DNA of 63,993 nt, counting the filler, from Jimgerdemannia flammicorona (lineage: Eukaryota): assembly GCA_003990765.1 (NCBI GenBank). It is 2 parts of 2 records of this genome, joined end to end, with 100 filler letters (N's around TTAATTAATTAA, not from the genome) between each part and the next. Parts side by side here need not be neighbours in the genome. Positions count along the whole stretch, not along the records: positions 32,088 to 63,993 come from RBNJ01000371.1; 1 more part is not named here. One strand, written 5' to 3'. Under the pieces are notes generated by a model, which worked only from the letters and a program-made list of their open reading frames with translations, did not search any database and was not told where the DNA came from. Below are positions 36,202 through 49,544 of this stretch, one piece after another (position 1 is the stretch's first letter; every line of letters begins with the position of its first letter). The translations under genes and the position numbers were made by a program.

Positions 36202-39200
36202 TTATATCTCAGCGTCCGAGTCCTCCTCTGCTATCCAATCAACCTCGCCTAACAAGGCGTCACTTTCTTGCTTAAGTTTCGTGAGCCCGCTTACTTCCTC
36301 GAGGTAGATAGGATCATCAAAAGCGCGTCGCAAGAAATCGAACCCGTCCTTTACGTAGGCTTGTTGGACCTGTAAGTGTATTTGAATGGACAGGTTTATG
36401 TGTTAAGGTGGGGATATTGACACCATGATTAGATCGACGTAAAGCATGATAATCACAGTTCGGAATTCTGCTTTGTCAGAAAGTTGAGTCACCTTCAGAC
36501 TTACACAGAGCCTCCCTCAATACAAGATCGAAAACCCCAACATACCTGAGAGGAGCAAGCTGTGCAACGGTCATACGCCTGCCCGACAATCAGCATGTTG
36601 CTGAAGGTGCCCAGGAAGCCCCTTATCTGATGTGGGATCTGGCCAAGCGGAGAAGCGAGCTGGGCGGAAGCGTCTGGTGCGGTAGGATTTACCGTGGCAT
36701 CGGCAGGGGCCTGTGGTCTAGGGTAGTTATTGGCGTGATTGTAAGAATCAAGCTGTCTCTGTACCCAATCGAGCCATCAATGGGGCAGCAGGGCAAAGAA
36801 TATCTGCTTACCCGTGCTCGTGATGCAAAACGGAGACCATCAGCTCAACGGCAAGAGCGCTCGCCACGGCCGACAAACCAGGGCGGGTAACGGTGCATTG
36901 TTGATCCAAGGTGCGATCCGTGAGCGACTGTGAAGAGTTCAACAGGACGAGATTTAAGCTATTTCGTATAACACTCATAGTATGAAACACCAACTCCCAT
37001 CATCAATGCATGCATACATCGGTTGGTGCTACCACATCGTTACAGAAATAGCACCCGAGATGCACTGGGGCGGTCTTTGAGTCCGTTGATGCAACTGTTG
37101 CTTGGACGCCTGGCTTATCGGGGACGCCGTGGCGCATTACAAGATAGGTATCGAAGCCAAGTGCGGCATTAATGACAAGCTAGAATTGTATCAAAGGTAA
37201 GGGAGTAATAATGTTATTAGTGGTCATAGCCCTACACGTGCTCAGACATAAAAGCACATGAGACAAGTAAAAATAAGAACTACCTTACGCATCTTAGAAC
37301 CAAGGAAGGTCGGCAGCCAACGGCTCTCGCGGCTATCCATCAAAAGGTAGATGGCGTCGTGCTCGCGGATTAGTTCGGTCAGCTTGTCTACGTCAGCACG
37401 TGTCTGTTCCTCGGACGTGATGGGATGACCGGGCATCGGAATGGCTAGGTTGAAACCTTGTGCATGCTGAAGAAATATAATTAATTAATTGGCATGATTT
37501 GAAGACGTCGTCTATTGTCAGGGGCCGATGTTTATTCGAAGAACACCTACGGCAAAAGGAGAATAAAACTAGATACATACAACACCCGGGTAGACTCTCT
37601 TTAGGTTGGATGCTGCGGTCTGCGCCTTCGGTTTACCACCATCTAGCGAATCCTCGAAGAAGAAGAGAGGTTGGCGCACCGGGTTCGAAAAGGACACGGT
37701 GGCGTTGTCAACAAATGTAATGTTACGCACACCCCAGCCCTGAAAGTCGAAGATTTCAATTGAAATTTGAGCATGCTTCTGGTTTCAGAAGCTAACATAA
37801 ACATAATGCCAGGCGAGAAGCCATTTCAACGCCTTACCAACAGGACGCGCGCGACGTAGCATCCGAGCGTCCCAGCACCCAGCAACAGACATTTAGTCTC
37901 CTTGATCTTCTCCAACTGTAACGATGGAACGAGGCGCCATCGCATAAGTTTTAGGTTCAAGTCTACGGCGGTGTCAGCAAGCCTGCATTTACAAGATCCA
38001 AGCAATGAGAATGTGGTAAATTAGAGGAAACTTGTACGGACATGACATCCATATCTGGCCGAAATGATAAATACTTTGCCGGGTCCATAAGAGGCGCTAA
38101 ATCGGCCATCCGTGGGGCAAGGTTTCCTTTTACACCTTTCTCCCAACCGACAACTTTGGGGCACTCCACTGCAAAAAATTATAGCCCATAATTTATCATC
38201 AATAACACACCCCGATCGTACTCCATCACTCAACTCATCTCCGTCCACTGACAAGTTCAATACATACCTCCAGTCCTGACCACCTCATCCACACCCAACA
38301 CTGGCATTTCCACAACCAGCACCCGGCTCTGCCGAATATCCTTTTTGCCCTGGATCTCTCGAAAGCAGAGAACTCTGATCCGTCGCACGTTCCAGCGCCG
38401 GTGCGCAAGTACCAGGAGATTGCGCAGGGGCCAGCCCGGGTTGGAGGGGAGGCTCGACGGGTCGGCGAAGGCCAGGATGCGATCGTCCTCGGCGACCCCG
38501 TCGAAGAACGCGTCCCACTCGGAGAGCCTACCGACCGATATGCCGTTCGAGGACGCTACCTTCTTCACCAGAAAGTAGGCAGCGTTGCCATCACGGAGGT
38601 GCTTCTCACGGTGCGCGTCGTAGTTGATGCGGAGAGACTCGATCTACAGTAGATGGGTTCGTTCGCGTGGGTGAAGGTGAGATCACTAATGAATAGATCA
38701 ATTGAGGATGGTCAGATCACAGATTGATAGATTTCTTACTTGCTCCGGAGACCAAGCCTCCTCGATGCCCTTTATCACTCCACTATCACCAACCACCCAC
38801 GAGGGATCCATCAATAACGCGGGAAATCCAAACCAATAATGGAACTTGTATTTTTTCAGATCGGCGTAGGTGACAACCAGGAAGTGCGAGAGGAGGTGCG
38901 GATGCATGACGGCGTCTCCTGAGATGATGGCGTGCCAGATCTATTGATTTGATTTGAGCACCATTTACGTGATTTAGCATAAAGCAACGTATAAGGCAAT
39001 ACGTAATTGATCCCATAAATGGATATGCTCCCTAACCTTTTTCGCTTCTTCCTTGAAGAAGGCTGTTTTGTCCAAGCGTTTGAAGTCCTCAATGGTGTTT
39101 GTATTCTTCAGGGATCCCGTTATAGGGAAGGCAAAGGGAGGAATTCTGCACCAGGAAATCAATTTGCGAGGTTGGTGTTTGTCAAATTGTTGGATTCGCA

Positions 39201-39552
39201 GGCATAACCCTTCAAGGCATAACCCTTCAAGGCTCATTACGCCACCCTCTTCTTTTCTCTCTCCAACCCACTCAAGCTATTTGCCTCGCGCGTCGTCGTC
39301 GTGCAGTAAGTGCAGGAATATGTCTTACCCTGCAGCCTGATCTTCAGGCAAGTCAAATGCGTTTGTGCCTATACACAGACGCGCAGGCAGTGCGAGACCA
39401 TCGTCAAAGGTATGGCCTGTTGCGTAGTAGGCCTTGATGGGTTGTGTGGCGTCGTTTAGTTTGAGTATGTTAAGCTTCCGATCGGCAAGTGTGTGCCAAA
39501 ATGGAGCCTCGACGGCGGAGGAGAAGGTGGTGAACTGAAGGAGGGGCTGCAT
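36202..39552 (-). CDS. ATG7: Autophagy E1-like activating enzyme Atg7 (multi-exon)
   Basis: N-terminus [20 protein letters not shown]. Motifs [55 protein letters not shown] and catalytic [14 protein letters not shown]. Confidence 0.96.
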
Positions 39553-40204
39553 TGTTCGGTGAGTTGGTGTTGAGGAAGCGAGAGGAGAATAAGTATAAGT
39601 ATTGGTATGTGACTCGGTTATTTCAACGAACAACTGCTTACGTCACCACGAGCCTATGTCATCTGAGCAACCACGCTGACACCTTGGCCTTGTGGCCCAC
39701 ACTGAAGCAAATCGTGAAGCGCAGCTGATGAACGAGATATCATGATTGGCATTGCATTAAAAAAAATAAAAAAACGAACGGATGTCGAGATGCGAGCGGG
39801 AATTCTTCTATAGCAAGCGTGATGTATAGTCGAGCTTTCATAAATCCACAAGAATATCAACCATAAAATTGTGGTCCTCGAAGTGTTCCCTCTATTTTTT
39901 TATTGCTGCTATATTTACACATGTTTGTATCAATGTGAAAAGGGGTTTGGAGATCTGTCTTCGGATTCGTGCGTTTTGTGAACCAGTCATCTGACAGAAA
40001 CGAGACACATAAAAATTAAAGATAATATAAAACGGTGTATGAAAGGAAATACGATAGTGAGAAAGTGAAGCAAGCAATAATTCTGAGAAAATTAGATTGT
40101 GAAATGCGATGGAGACTTATTGCCTGAAGCCCCAGCATCTGCTTTTAACTGACACAACCCGGTCACGTGTCACCCAATGGCTTGACAAAATGAGTTGGAA
40201 CGGT

Positions 40205-42262
40205 CTACAAGAAATATTGCACTTGGTTGTCCTAACAGAAACGAAGATGCGGAAAGGAGAAAATGGCGCAGAAATAATAAGCATGCTATCCGCAGTGACA
40301 GGATTTCGCACAATTCGAGAATTTCGATAATGATCGTATTTCCTGAGAATCTTCAGCAACAAGAAGAAAAACGCACCTTCACCGCTCCCTGCGCCATCCC
40401 ATTCGCACCGGCTCCATTAGCAATCGTTCGTTCATTCACTGGTGCGGCATCAAAAACGTTGAAGAAGCGCTCGCTGTGCGCGCCGACCTCAAGAATGGAG
40501 GCCATGTTGCCGCACCGGTAGCAATAATTGGGTGCCGACCAGACGGTCGAGAGGCGGTCTTCGTAGAGGACCTGGCACAATAATAGGTTGAGGGAGCAGG
40601 AGAGACAGAGTAGTTGGTTTAAATTGAAGTAATATAATAAATGCTCGAAGGTGCAAACGAATATACTCAATATTCGTGATCGAAACATACCTGGTAGCCC
40701 TCCATGCATAACTGATGTGCTCTCAAAATGTGCTGCATCCCATTGACCTCCAAAAACTTCTTGACGACCTGGCTGCCAAAGGTGTATCCCGCACCTCTAC
40801 GAAATGAAGACGTATCAGGAAGAATTCCAATCTGTGCATCAATGGTTGAGTACATTGGAAATGAGACAATGATGTAGGCACCGAGAGTAGCGACATACCG
40901 TGGCGATACGGCAAAATCTTCCTTGTCGGGATCCGGATCAGACCAAACTAAGTCCGCCATTGCACCTTCGTGCGGAATTTCTATCGAGAAACGAGACATA
41001 AGAATCTTGCTATCTGGTTAAAATCTAGACAATCAGAACATTATGAAGGCCCCTTTCACCTCGGAACCGGTCCAAAATCTTGATCTGATCGATATAATGT
41101 ATCGACGGTGACAGCCCTTGCATAAAAATGGCGTCAAATTCCGGAAATATCGAGAGATGCGTGTAAAAGTAACAGGTCGGTGAAAAGATTATGTCAACAC
41201 ACTTTAATCAATGACTCTATAATATCCCAAGCTGACCGTCCAGTTACATACCTCCGTGGACGCAAAAAATTGAATTGTCAATCACAACTGAGAGCGTCAA
41301 AAAATCGAACATGTCTGTGAAGTACTGCCAGACTTGGGCAGACCCGTATTTCCGCATGCACTCGGTATAGAATCCATAGGTCTATAAGGTAAGATTCGGA
41401 ATTGTATAAATATAAGGTGTAAGAATGCAAGACGATGTCTTCAAAATTATGGGGTAGAGACAATCTATTCGAAATAATACAGCGAGTCGTTGCTACTACT
41501 ACGGTCAACAATTGAACTGATTCCCTCACCTGCGTCACGGCCCGAGACTCGTGGTTCCCACGTACAAGCTGCACACGGTCAGGATAACGGAGCTTCAGAC
41601 ACGTCAACAGCGAGATCGTTTCGACGCTCGAGAGGCCGCGGTCGACATAATCGCCTATAATGTTCAAAACAGGACCCAATCAGTTGATGCATAGCAATAC
41701 CGTGTTGTTAATGTACGCTCTCAGGCGAGAGCTCATCCCTACGTCCATGTACGTTCAGGAGCACGAGTTTGGCTGGTTTCGGTCCACTTACCAAGGAAGA
41801 GATAGTTTGTACTCGGGCAGTACCCGCCTATCTGGAAGATTTCAATCAAGTCATAATATTGCCTGTGAGGTGAACAACCCACAAAAGCGTAAATCCAGTT
41901 TCGCAAGAGGGGTACCGGTACAAGGAAGCAGGAAGGGTGTTTGTAAGCAACGTGTCTTTCTTTTCTTGGAAGAACAACTGTCCTTTGACAACATGGCCAT
42001 CTGTTCTACTATTTGTAATGTGGTTTTCTCCAATATAAGCAACGTACTGAAACACCTTTCTTCTTCCAAATGGCAAAAAGCAACGTTCTTGCCCTTACCC
42101 GTGTATGTCCCCAACAACTGTGACAGGTGCCTTGATGTGGACGACATTGCTCTCCCGCATCAGTAACTCCTTGGTCTTTTCACAGATTTCCCGGAGCAAA
42201 GACTCGGCAAGCAATTGTTTTTGGTAGAGGGTTTCGATGCAAGCGTCGAGATCCAACCCCAT
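40205..42262 (-). CDS. PPG1: PP2A-like Ser/Thr phosphatase catalytic subunit, PPG1 type (multi-exon)
   Basis: Motifs [47 protein letters not shown] and [13 protein letters not shown]-terminus QYFL* at 40205. The N-terminus [19 protein letters not shown] fits the PPG1 clade. Confidence 0.88.
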
Positions 42263-42349
42263 TGCTGTTTGCTGTGCCGAACAAGAAAACAAGCAATCGC
42301 CGAGGCCTGTACAAGAACAGTCCCACCTCCAATATGACTTGCAGAGTTG

Positions 42350-42357
42350 TGACGTCA
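42350..42357. promoter_or_regulatory. Palindromic CRE/ATF site TGACGTCA in the 143-bp PPG1/BORCS8 divergent interval
   Basis: Exact motif between ATGs at 42262 (-) and 42406 (+). Confidence 0.4.
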
Positions 42358-42405
42358 TTCACATTCATAGCACACCCGCAGCCGCACTCTCACCCCTCGC
42401 TAACA

Positions 42406-43172
42406 ATGGATATTCGCAAAAGCACCGATTCCGCTCGTTCCGCACAGCTTCAGCAATATGCCACCTCACCCCCTCTACCCATCCAAAAGTCCCGCTCCAT
42501 CAGCTCTCGCCATAACCGACCTTCCTCCATTTCCTCTTCCGTCCACTCCAACACCTCCTCCGTCGACCAGCCCTGGCCTCTCTCTGGCTCCTTCGACCAG
42601 CTCAACTTCTTCACCCGTCGCTCTTCCATATCGAGCTTAAACAAGACCGGCTCGCCCAATACCACGTCGCCCGAAGGGATAGATTTCCAGTTGAAAGAGA
42701 AAGTACGGAAAGGTAATTCCGCTTGATTGGTTGCGCTATACTAGTCCGTGTATAACCAAGGCGCGCTCGACCCATCATCATAATTTACACATTTAGCGAC
42801 CGCCGACATGTCAACAGTAATGAAATTGATACTCAATGGCGCATCCCTGAGTCTGTACCGCGTCACGGAACACATCCACAAAAAGGTGCCTGTGCTCGTT
42901 GACGAGAAGGTATGGATTCAATCTGTATATAATTATTATGACCATGTCTTTATTCACGTCATGTGCACATCGAACTCAAGTTGACATCTTGTACCGTACG
43001 AATCCAGAAATCTCTGGCCGTCATTTCGGCTCAGGTAGACCTGTCTAACTCGAACGTCGCAGACGCAAGGCGGACCGTCGATATCATGTCGCAAATCCAG
43101 TCTTTTAACACGGTCTGGGAGATGCTGCGAAAATCGCTAGAGATCGTTGAAGCTGCCAAGAAGGCGTCCTGA
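42406..43172 (+). CDS. BORCS8: BORC complex subunit 8-like protein with Ser-rich N-terminal extension (3 exons)
   Basis: The spliced C-terminal part QLKEKVRKATADMSTVMKLILNGASLSLYRVTEHIHKKVPVLVDEKKSL... resembles the BORCS8/MEF2BNB signature (N-x-x-S-x-x-LYR-x-x-EH-x4-P). Confidence 0.72.
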
Positions 43173-43610
43173 TGAAACGGATTGAGTCGAACACGTACCG
43201 TTCCACTAGCCAGACCAGACAATTGAGCTTGCACATGGTAAATCTGTCAAACACTGTGAGAGGGATATGCACGAAAGAATTTGGAAGCTTGCTGCATGCT
43301 TTCCTAAATTTACAAATATGTGTATCTGAAACGAGTTAAAATAGAGCTACCATGAATTGGATAATAATTACTCGCCAATTTTTATTTTTATTTTTTTATT
43401 TTATTTTTTTTCGATGTACAATCTATACTGCGCCGCTTATAATCTTGTCAGAATGATGTATATTATCACATCATGACAAATCTTGGCGAATTTTTCAACC
43501 GCAACCAACATGCTGAGGAAATGAAACAGAACTACGATACTTTCGGGGTCAGAAACGCACACCAGCACGTTCATTTCATACACGCTATTCATCCTTTGTT
43601 CGCGCCCATC

Positions 43611-45302
43611 TCAAAACCAAAAGCTTACGCTAAAACTCACGTCAAGCGACCGAACATAATGCCACCACTTCGGCTGGAATTTTACAAACACCCGGGGTTG
43701 GTGTGCGTGCAAAAAGAAGTGCAGGAGATGAGGACGATGTCAACACAGTCTTTGGAGAGGGCTTCATGACGTGTAACCATACACCATACACTTAACCCGA
43801 AGCAAGATTCGATTCGCTCACCGGAATATAAAGCATCTCTCCTGGAGATAAGATACCCTCGACGTACTTGGCGTCCGCAAAGGCCGGGAATTGAGCGTGA
43901 TCTGGTTTCTCGACATCCACCTTTTCCATTTGAAGGAATTTAGTGTAACCAATGTTGAACGCATTCACCTTGCATCCTCACCTCCAACCCAACCTACCTG
44001 GCTTGTATTTTCCAGCATTCCTTCGAACGGATACAACTTCTTCACTTCTCCCGGTGCATACAACCTCACAAATTTCCTCCCGACCACTTGCGCCAACAGA
44101 TTATGGTACGGATCGTGATGTAACGGCGACACGGTCCCGCGCGGGCCGAACCACGCGTTCGTAATTACAGCGTCGGAGGTCGCGGGCGGGGTCGGATACT
44201 CGGGGGTGGGTTCCGGTGAGAGGTAGCAGTAGTCCGGCACGGCGATGTCACGACGAAGGCGGGGGATCTGGGCCAAAAGATCGTGCTGAGCGAGATAGGC
44301 GATCAATTTGGGATCGGTCGAACGGATGGAGGTACAGGGTTTGAGAGGTGCATCTTGTGTGATGGTACTGCCGTCCGCGCCGTTGGGTTTTTGGTACCCA
44401 GCTCCCTCTAAAACGTACTTGTTCACAAAGTCGCCGAACCGCATCATCCGCTGTGTCCACGCTTCGTCTGTGTAGCGCGAACCAATCTCGACGGGAACAA
44501 CGCGGTCCGCTGCAACGCTGAGAAGGTAGCTTGGATCTGACCAAATGCGCGGTGGGTGGAAGGCTGGCCAATGGGAAATGGCGCCTTCGGATATGATGAG
44601 AGGGGTTGGGTTGGGGGAATTGATGTGGGAGGAGAAGGAGAGCAGGCTGGGGATCGGAGTGGGGCGGTGGATAGGATGGATGACTAGAGGATAATTTTCC
44701 GGGAGGGTCAGTGGGGGAAAGGAGGATGATATGGTAGACGGTGAAGGGTTGATATCTTCGAGGCGTGGACGTTTTTGCCCGCGAGGGGAAGAAGGTTCCA
44801 GCGAGCTGGGTGTCACATGTGCGGTGGAAAGAGGATATGCGCTAGCTCGTCGAAGCTCTGTCAGTCTCTGTTGTGCCCTATCAATAAACTCGTCGATTAT
44901 TTCTCGTCGGTTGGTGCCCGGAGCACCTGCCACGACGATCGCTAGGTCGAGTACTTTTATAACTTTCCTCCACGTCCTCTGTTCCGTTTCCCACCCCACT
45001 TCTGTCGTCCCGCACTCATTATTCAACCTCATTGACAAGCAACAAGCCATCCCTAAACTCGCGTCTGTTAACAAGCGTCGCCAGCATGCCGGCACGTCCT
45101 TGTATGGGTATACGAGGATCTGGTGGTTTGCGAGATCAATAAGGGACTCGGAGAGAGTGGTAGTCGTAGTGAGGTCTAGAGTATTGCTCCGGAGGTCGAC
45201 TATAACGCGGTTGAGGAGGTAGGTTGTAGCCATACCACAGGGTTCGAGATCTGTGTTGTCTGTGAGCAAGTTCAAGACGCGGTCGACAGTGTGTGTGAAC
45301 AT
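43611..45302 (-). CDS. KDM8: JmjC-domain 2OG oxygenase, JMJD5/KDM8-like (3 exons)
   Basis: Motifs RVVPVEIGSRYTDEAW, YLAQHDL, NAWFGPRGTVSPLHHDPYHNLLAQVVGRK, LSPGEMLYIP and KWWHYVRSL...SVSFWF*. Confidence 0.92.
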
Positions 45303-45786
45303 GGTGGCAAGGACGAATCATGTGACCCACAACGGTTCCAAAATCAAATCATCATGTGACCTTCTCATTACTTTTACTATGTAGTGATAGTAGATAGTTT
45401 AAAAAAATAATTTTTTTGCTCATCATCAACATGGGCTGAAAAAGCAGTTGATTGGTTTGAGGCAATGATGGCTATGATCTGATGATTGCTTTATTTATTT
45501 TTTCATAATATTTAGAGGACGAAGTTATGCAAAAAAAAAGAAAGTCTGGTGTTGGTGAATTAAGGTTCTATATGAAATGTAAAAACTGAGTGCAGGTTGA
45601 TAACAGCAAAGTAAATTACAAGTTTGTTCATGGATCCGCTATTTGAAGATCCCACCGGTACATTATGACCAACCACCGAAAAGGAAAGACATTACACGGT
45701 TTCTAGACGGAGCCTCAACCCAACAAGCGAGACTCAAAATAAACAAAACAAAGTCCCCACCAAAAAACTGTCCATCTCAATCGCGG

Positions 45787-47092
45787 TCACTCTTCCTCTT
45801 CCTCCACCCACTCTGCGACCTTATGTCTCAATCTCCTCTTCAAATCCAGTTGCCGATGTAGCACTAGCCGTATGTCTTTCTCCCCCGCTGCCTGCTGGGC
45901 GGCCAGAAACTGCTTCAGTCGGTCCAGCCGCTGGTCTTCCTCACACCCAAAAAAGCTCTCGATGGGTATCAGGTTGCTGAGGTTGAAGGTCGCGGCTGAA
46001 GGAAGACGAGGAAGGGATTGCATGTTAGCTTTTGACGAAGCAATCCTTCAGGAAGGGGAGAAAGGGAAACAGTGGATTGAGAAACTCACCGTGAGGCGTA
46101 TTATCGACGATGACCGTGCGACGAAGGTCACGACCCAGAAGTTCAAGATCCTTAAGGTAGCAGGCTACGCCGGAGATGACTTCCAATTCGATGCAATGCT
46201 TCTGGCTTAATACATGTCTAGGAATGGCAATAGGTAAAGAAGAAATTAGGAATTAAAATGCATTCAGAAAACGTATACATCAACACATAACAACAATTAA
46301 AATGAATGACTACTCACGAAATCAGCCTCCTTTCCGGATCCAATTTGTTCACGATCGCTTCCGCGTACCATTTTGTTCCCGCCGTCCACACCACGAGCTC
46401 AAACATGGACGCAGCCCACTCGAGGAACTGCGTGACACCGGGGCGTAGGGACCCGTGGACGACGCATTGGGCGTCGTAGTCGGGAATGGGAAGCGGGACC
46501 GGAACCGCGACGGAATAGTCAAGCTGGCTCGGTTTGGCGTCGGAGTCGTGATAAGTGTGCAGGAGGGTTTCGTCGAGGTCTAGGACTGGAGATAGGAACG
46601 AGTGGGTGAGTGAGTGAGTGCGTGAGTGCAAGAATTCTTGCGTGCATGACAGAATCGATTGGGGCACATATAAGACTCACCAACAGTCAGTTTATCGTCC
46701 GTCTTCTTGGGCAACAGCGGCTTGCCATTCGCCCGACAATATTTCAGCCTCCACCGCAAAGATGGCCAGTTGTCGTTCATCAATCTCCGCAAGAGCGCGC
46801 ACTCATAGCTACAGTCACGTTCACGACGCGTTTCGAAAACACAGAAAGTCAAGTTGGGTTTCGCAAACAGGATAACGACGAGTGACTGACACACAAACAG
46901 TACTTACTCGTCCAGCTCTTCTAGCTTCGCCTCCACGTCATACAGGCCGTGAAGGTGGTGGCGGACATGGTGGTGGGCGTCGCGGTCTGGCGCGTAGCAG
47001 ATATTTGTGGGACGCCTCTGGCGACGGAGTTTTGTCTTTGCCTTCTTTGACCTCTTGCCGCGGTGGGGTGGTTGTGCACGGAGGCGAGTCAT
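45787..47092 (-). CDS. NIF/FCP1-family HAD phosphatase (SCP/CTDSPL-like), spliced
   Basis: Motifs VLDLDETLLH, RPGVTQFL, FELVVWTAG..YA, KDLELLGRDLRRTVIVDN and NLIPIESF. Basic N-terminus. The start codon is inferred. Confidence 0.85.
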
Positions 47093-47211
47093 GTTTTGGT
47101 TAGAGGGGCATTGCTGTGGCAGGGATGGAAGATAAATGTTGATCCGATGACGTATCCTGCCCCCTCGACACCGGTCACACCTCATTCACAAAATTCAGAC
47201 CCAAACGACGA

Positions 47212-47330
47212 CCCAAACCACCCAAACCACCCAAACCACCCAACCCACCCAAACCACCCAACCCACCCAAACCACCCAACCCACCCAAACCACCCAACCC
47301 ACCCAACCCACCCAAACCACCCACCCAACA
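47212..47330 (+). repeat. 9-bp microsatellite (ccaa[a/c]ccac)n, ~13 units, in the NIF/SNF4 divergent interval
   Basis: Seen directly. The minus strand reads (GGGTGG[T/G]TT)n. Confidence 0.9.
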
Positions 47331-47338
47331 CTTGAACA

Positions 47339-49233
47339 ATGGCTACCGACTCCACCACACCGTCGCCCTCCACAACCCCAACGGAAGACCCCGTCCCTAG
47401 CTCCCCAACTTGGTCCGCGAAGCGAAACGGTCTACCAGAGACCTCCGTGGAGGCGACCCAGCGGGTACGAGAGCTCATGCGTGTGTTCCTAAAACAGCAC
47501 ACCGCCTACGACGTGCTACCCGTGAGCTATAGGCTCATTGTGCTCGACACGACCTTGTTAGTCAAAAAAGCCTTGGCGGCGCTAATGCAAAACGGTACGT
47601 GACGGAGGAGCCGTCAAGCTTCCGAGAACAAGTGATTTTTGAGGGAGAGAAAAAAAAAAATGAAACGCCTGGCATCGGCTTGTTGCCTGGTTCGTAACGT
47701 TTTCCGACAGCTTTGTATGTGCCCGGTTGGAGACTCCACGTTTGTCAGAAGGGAAAACCGGGGACTTGATGAGATTAATGGCAATAGACTGATGTGTTCT
47801 TCCCAAACACTCATTCGTATTCTCCATATTCCAATCTATTTCATCTTTGGGCTCCCTCGCCTCCGTTGTTCTCTCATCCAGGCGTCGTCTCCGCGCCCCT
47901 CTGGTCGGCCAGCACCCAAAAGTTCGCGGGCATGCTGACAGTGAGCGACTTCATCAACCTGATCCAGTATTACCACGCGCACTTGTCCGTAGACCAGGCC
48001 CTGGACGAGATGGAACAATTCCAGATCCAGCACATGCGTGACGTCGAGCGCCACATCGGCCAGCCCGCCCCGCAGCTTCTCTCAATCCACCCCATGGCCT
48101 CCCTTGATGAGGCATGCCGCCGGCTGGTCGAGAGCAGGAGCCACCGCATCCCGCTGCTGGACAGCGACGAGGAGACCGGACAAGAGATGATCGTAAGCGT
48201 GCTGACACAATACCGGATATTGAAGTTCATCGCGGTGAATGTGCGTGTTGGGTGCGGTGTGCGGAGTGTGTGTTTGGGTGGCAAGCGTGGCGGCGTGGGA
48301 TAAGAAGGTGGGCGTCGGTGATAAATGGAAGGCATTGATTTAATGACTGTAGTCCACTTACATGCCAATTATTGTATACACACACCAACCACCGATGCTC
48401 TCGCATTTCAGTTCAAAGAGACCAAATCGATGCGTCAACCGCTCTCGGAGCTTAAGATCGGTTCCTACGGCGACAAGGTCGCCACAGCACGCATGTCCAC
48501 GCCCGTCATCCAGGTCATCTCCATGTTCGTCGATCGGCGGATCAGCGCGGTGCCGATAGTGGACGAGAATGGTAAGCTTTGGAAACGGGTTGAGGGCGGG
48601 TTTGGATGAAAATGGGCATGTCATAAGTTCAATAGGTTCAGGCGAGATTTGGGTGGAATGAGTATGGTAAATATGCTCATTGGAAACACGCTTGTCACTT
48701 TCTGCTCCATCGTCGATTCTGTGCAGGCGTGGTACTAAATGTCTATGAGACCGTTGATGTAATGGTACGTGACTTTCGAAATCATGGTCCCCGTCGACCA
48801 GCTTTTTTTCTCCGAGTATCGAAAATAGGATTAGGACGTGTCGCGAAATAACCCGCATGAATGCATGCATCATAATTTGCATTATTAGAGCATCGCGCGT
48901 TCGGGCAAGTACCACGAGCTCGACATGCCCGTCGGGGAGGCGTTGGAGGCACGGCCGGAGGTACGTACGACGATCCAAATTTTCTTTGTGAAATTCTTCT
49001 ATATCGCTCGCTTCATATTTAATGTCCTATTATCTGACATCACCAACGCACTCGGTCCGTCCCGATAATAGGACTTCCCTGGCGTGCACACATGCATGTT
49101 GTCCGACACCCTGCATTCCATCTTTGGCATCATCCGCAAACGACGTGTCTATCGACTCGTCGTAGTCGATGCCGAGAACCGGTTGAATGGGATTGTGAGC
49201 TTGTCGGACATCTTGCAGTATCTCGTGGGCTGA
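47339..49233 (+). CDS. SNF4: AMPK/Snf1 gamma subunit (four CBS domains), multi-exon
   Basis: Motifs TAYDVLPVSYRLIVLDTTLLVKK, VVSAPLWS..QKFAGMLTVSDFINLIQYY, VSVLTQYRILKFIAVN, ISAVPIVDENG and RLVVVD..NRLNGIVSLSDIL. Confidence 0.95.
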
Positions 49234-49544
49234 GGATGGACGCGGTTGTAGAATGAGAGTTATTGAAGAGACTTTTTCGATGGGGTCGTTCAGGCGATCG
49301 CATGTAGCGCTTACTTCAAAGAAACCGAGGGATAGTGCAAAGTGGCTGAGCACAGCGGTTTTGGGAGCAGCGACAATTGTAAATTTTATGTACAGACGCA
49401 TTTATCATCTCAGTTTACATCTAACCCGCGTGAATCATAAGCATCAGTTAGTGGAAATCGGGCGGGCAGGTGTTCGAGGAAGTATTTATTGCCTCTGCTA
49501 TCATGTTCATGGAAACCAAATGTTAGTTGGCACACTCGGGTCTC

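Noticed and set aside
39201..39233. 15-bp tandem duplication (ggcataacccttcaa)x2
   Set aside because: A minor slippage event within an ATG7 intron with no evident consequence.
47182..47502. ORFs with GWF/GWV or HPN repeats
   Set aside because: These are translations of the 9-bp microsatellite overlapping the SNF4 start.
36202..49233. ATG7, PPG1, BORCS8 and SNF4 as a functional nutrient/autophagy cluster
   Set aside because: They are interspersed with unrelated genes. Nothing in the sequence distinguishes this from ordinary compact gene order.
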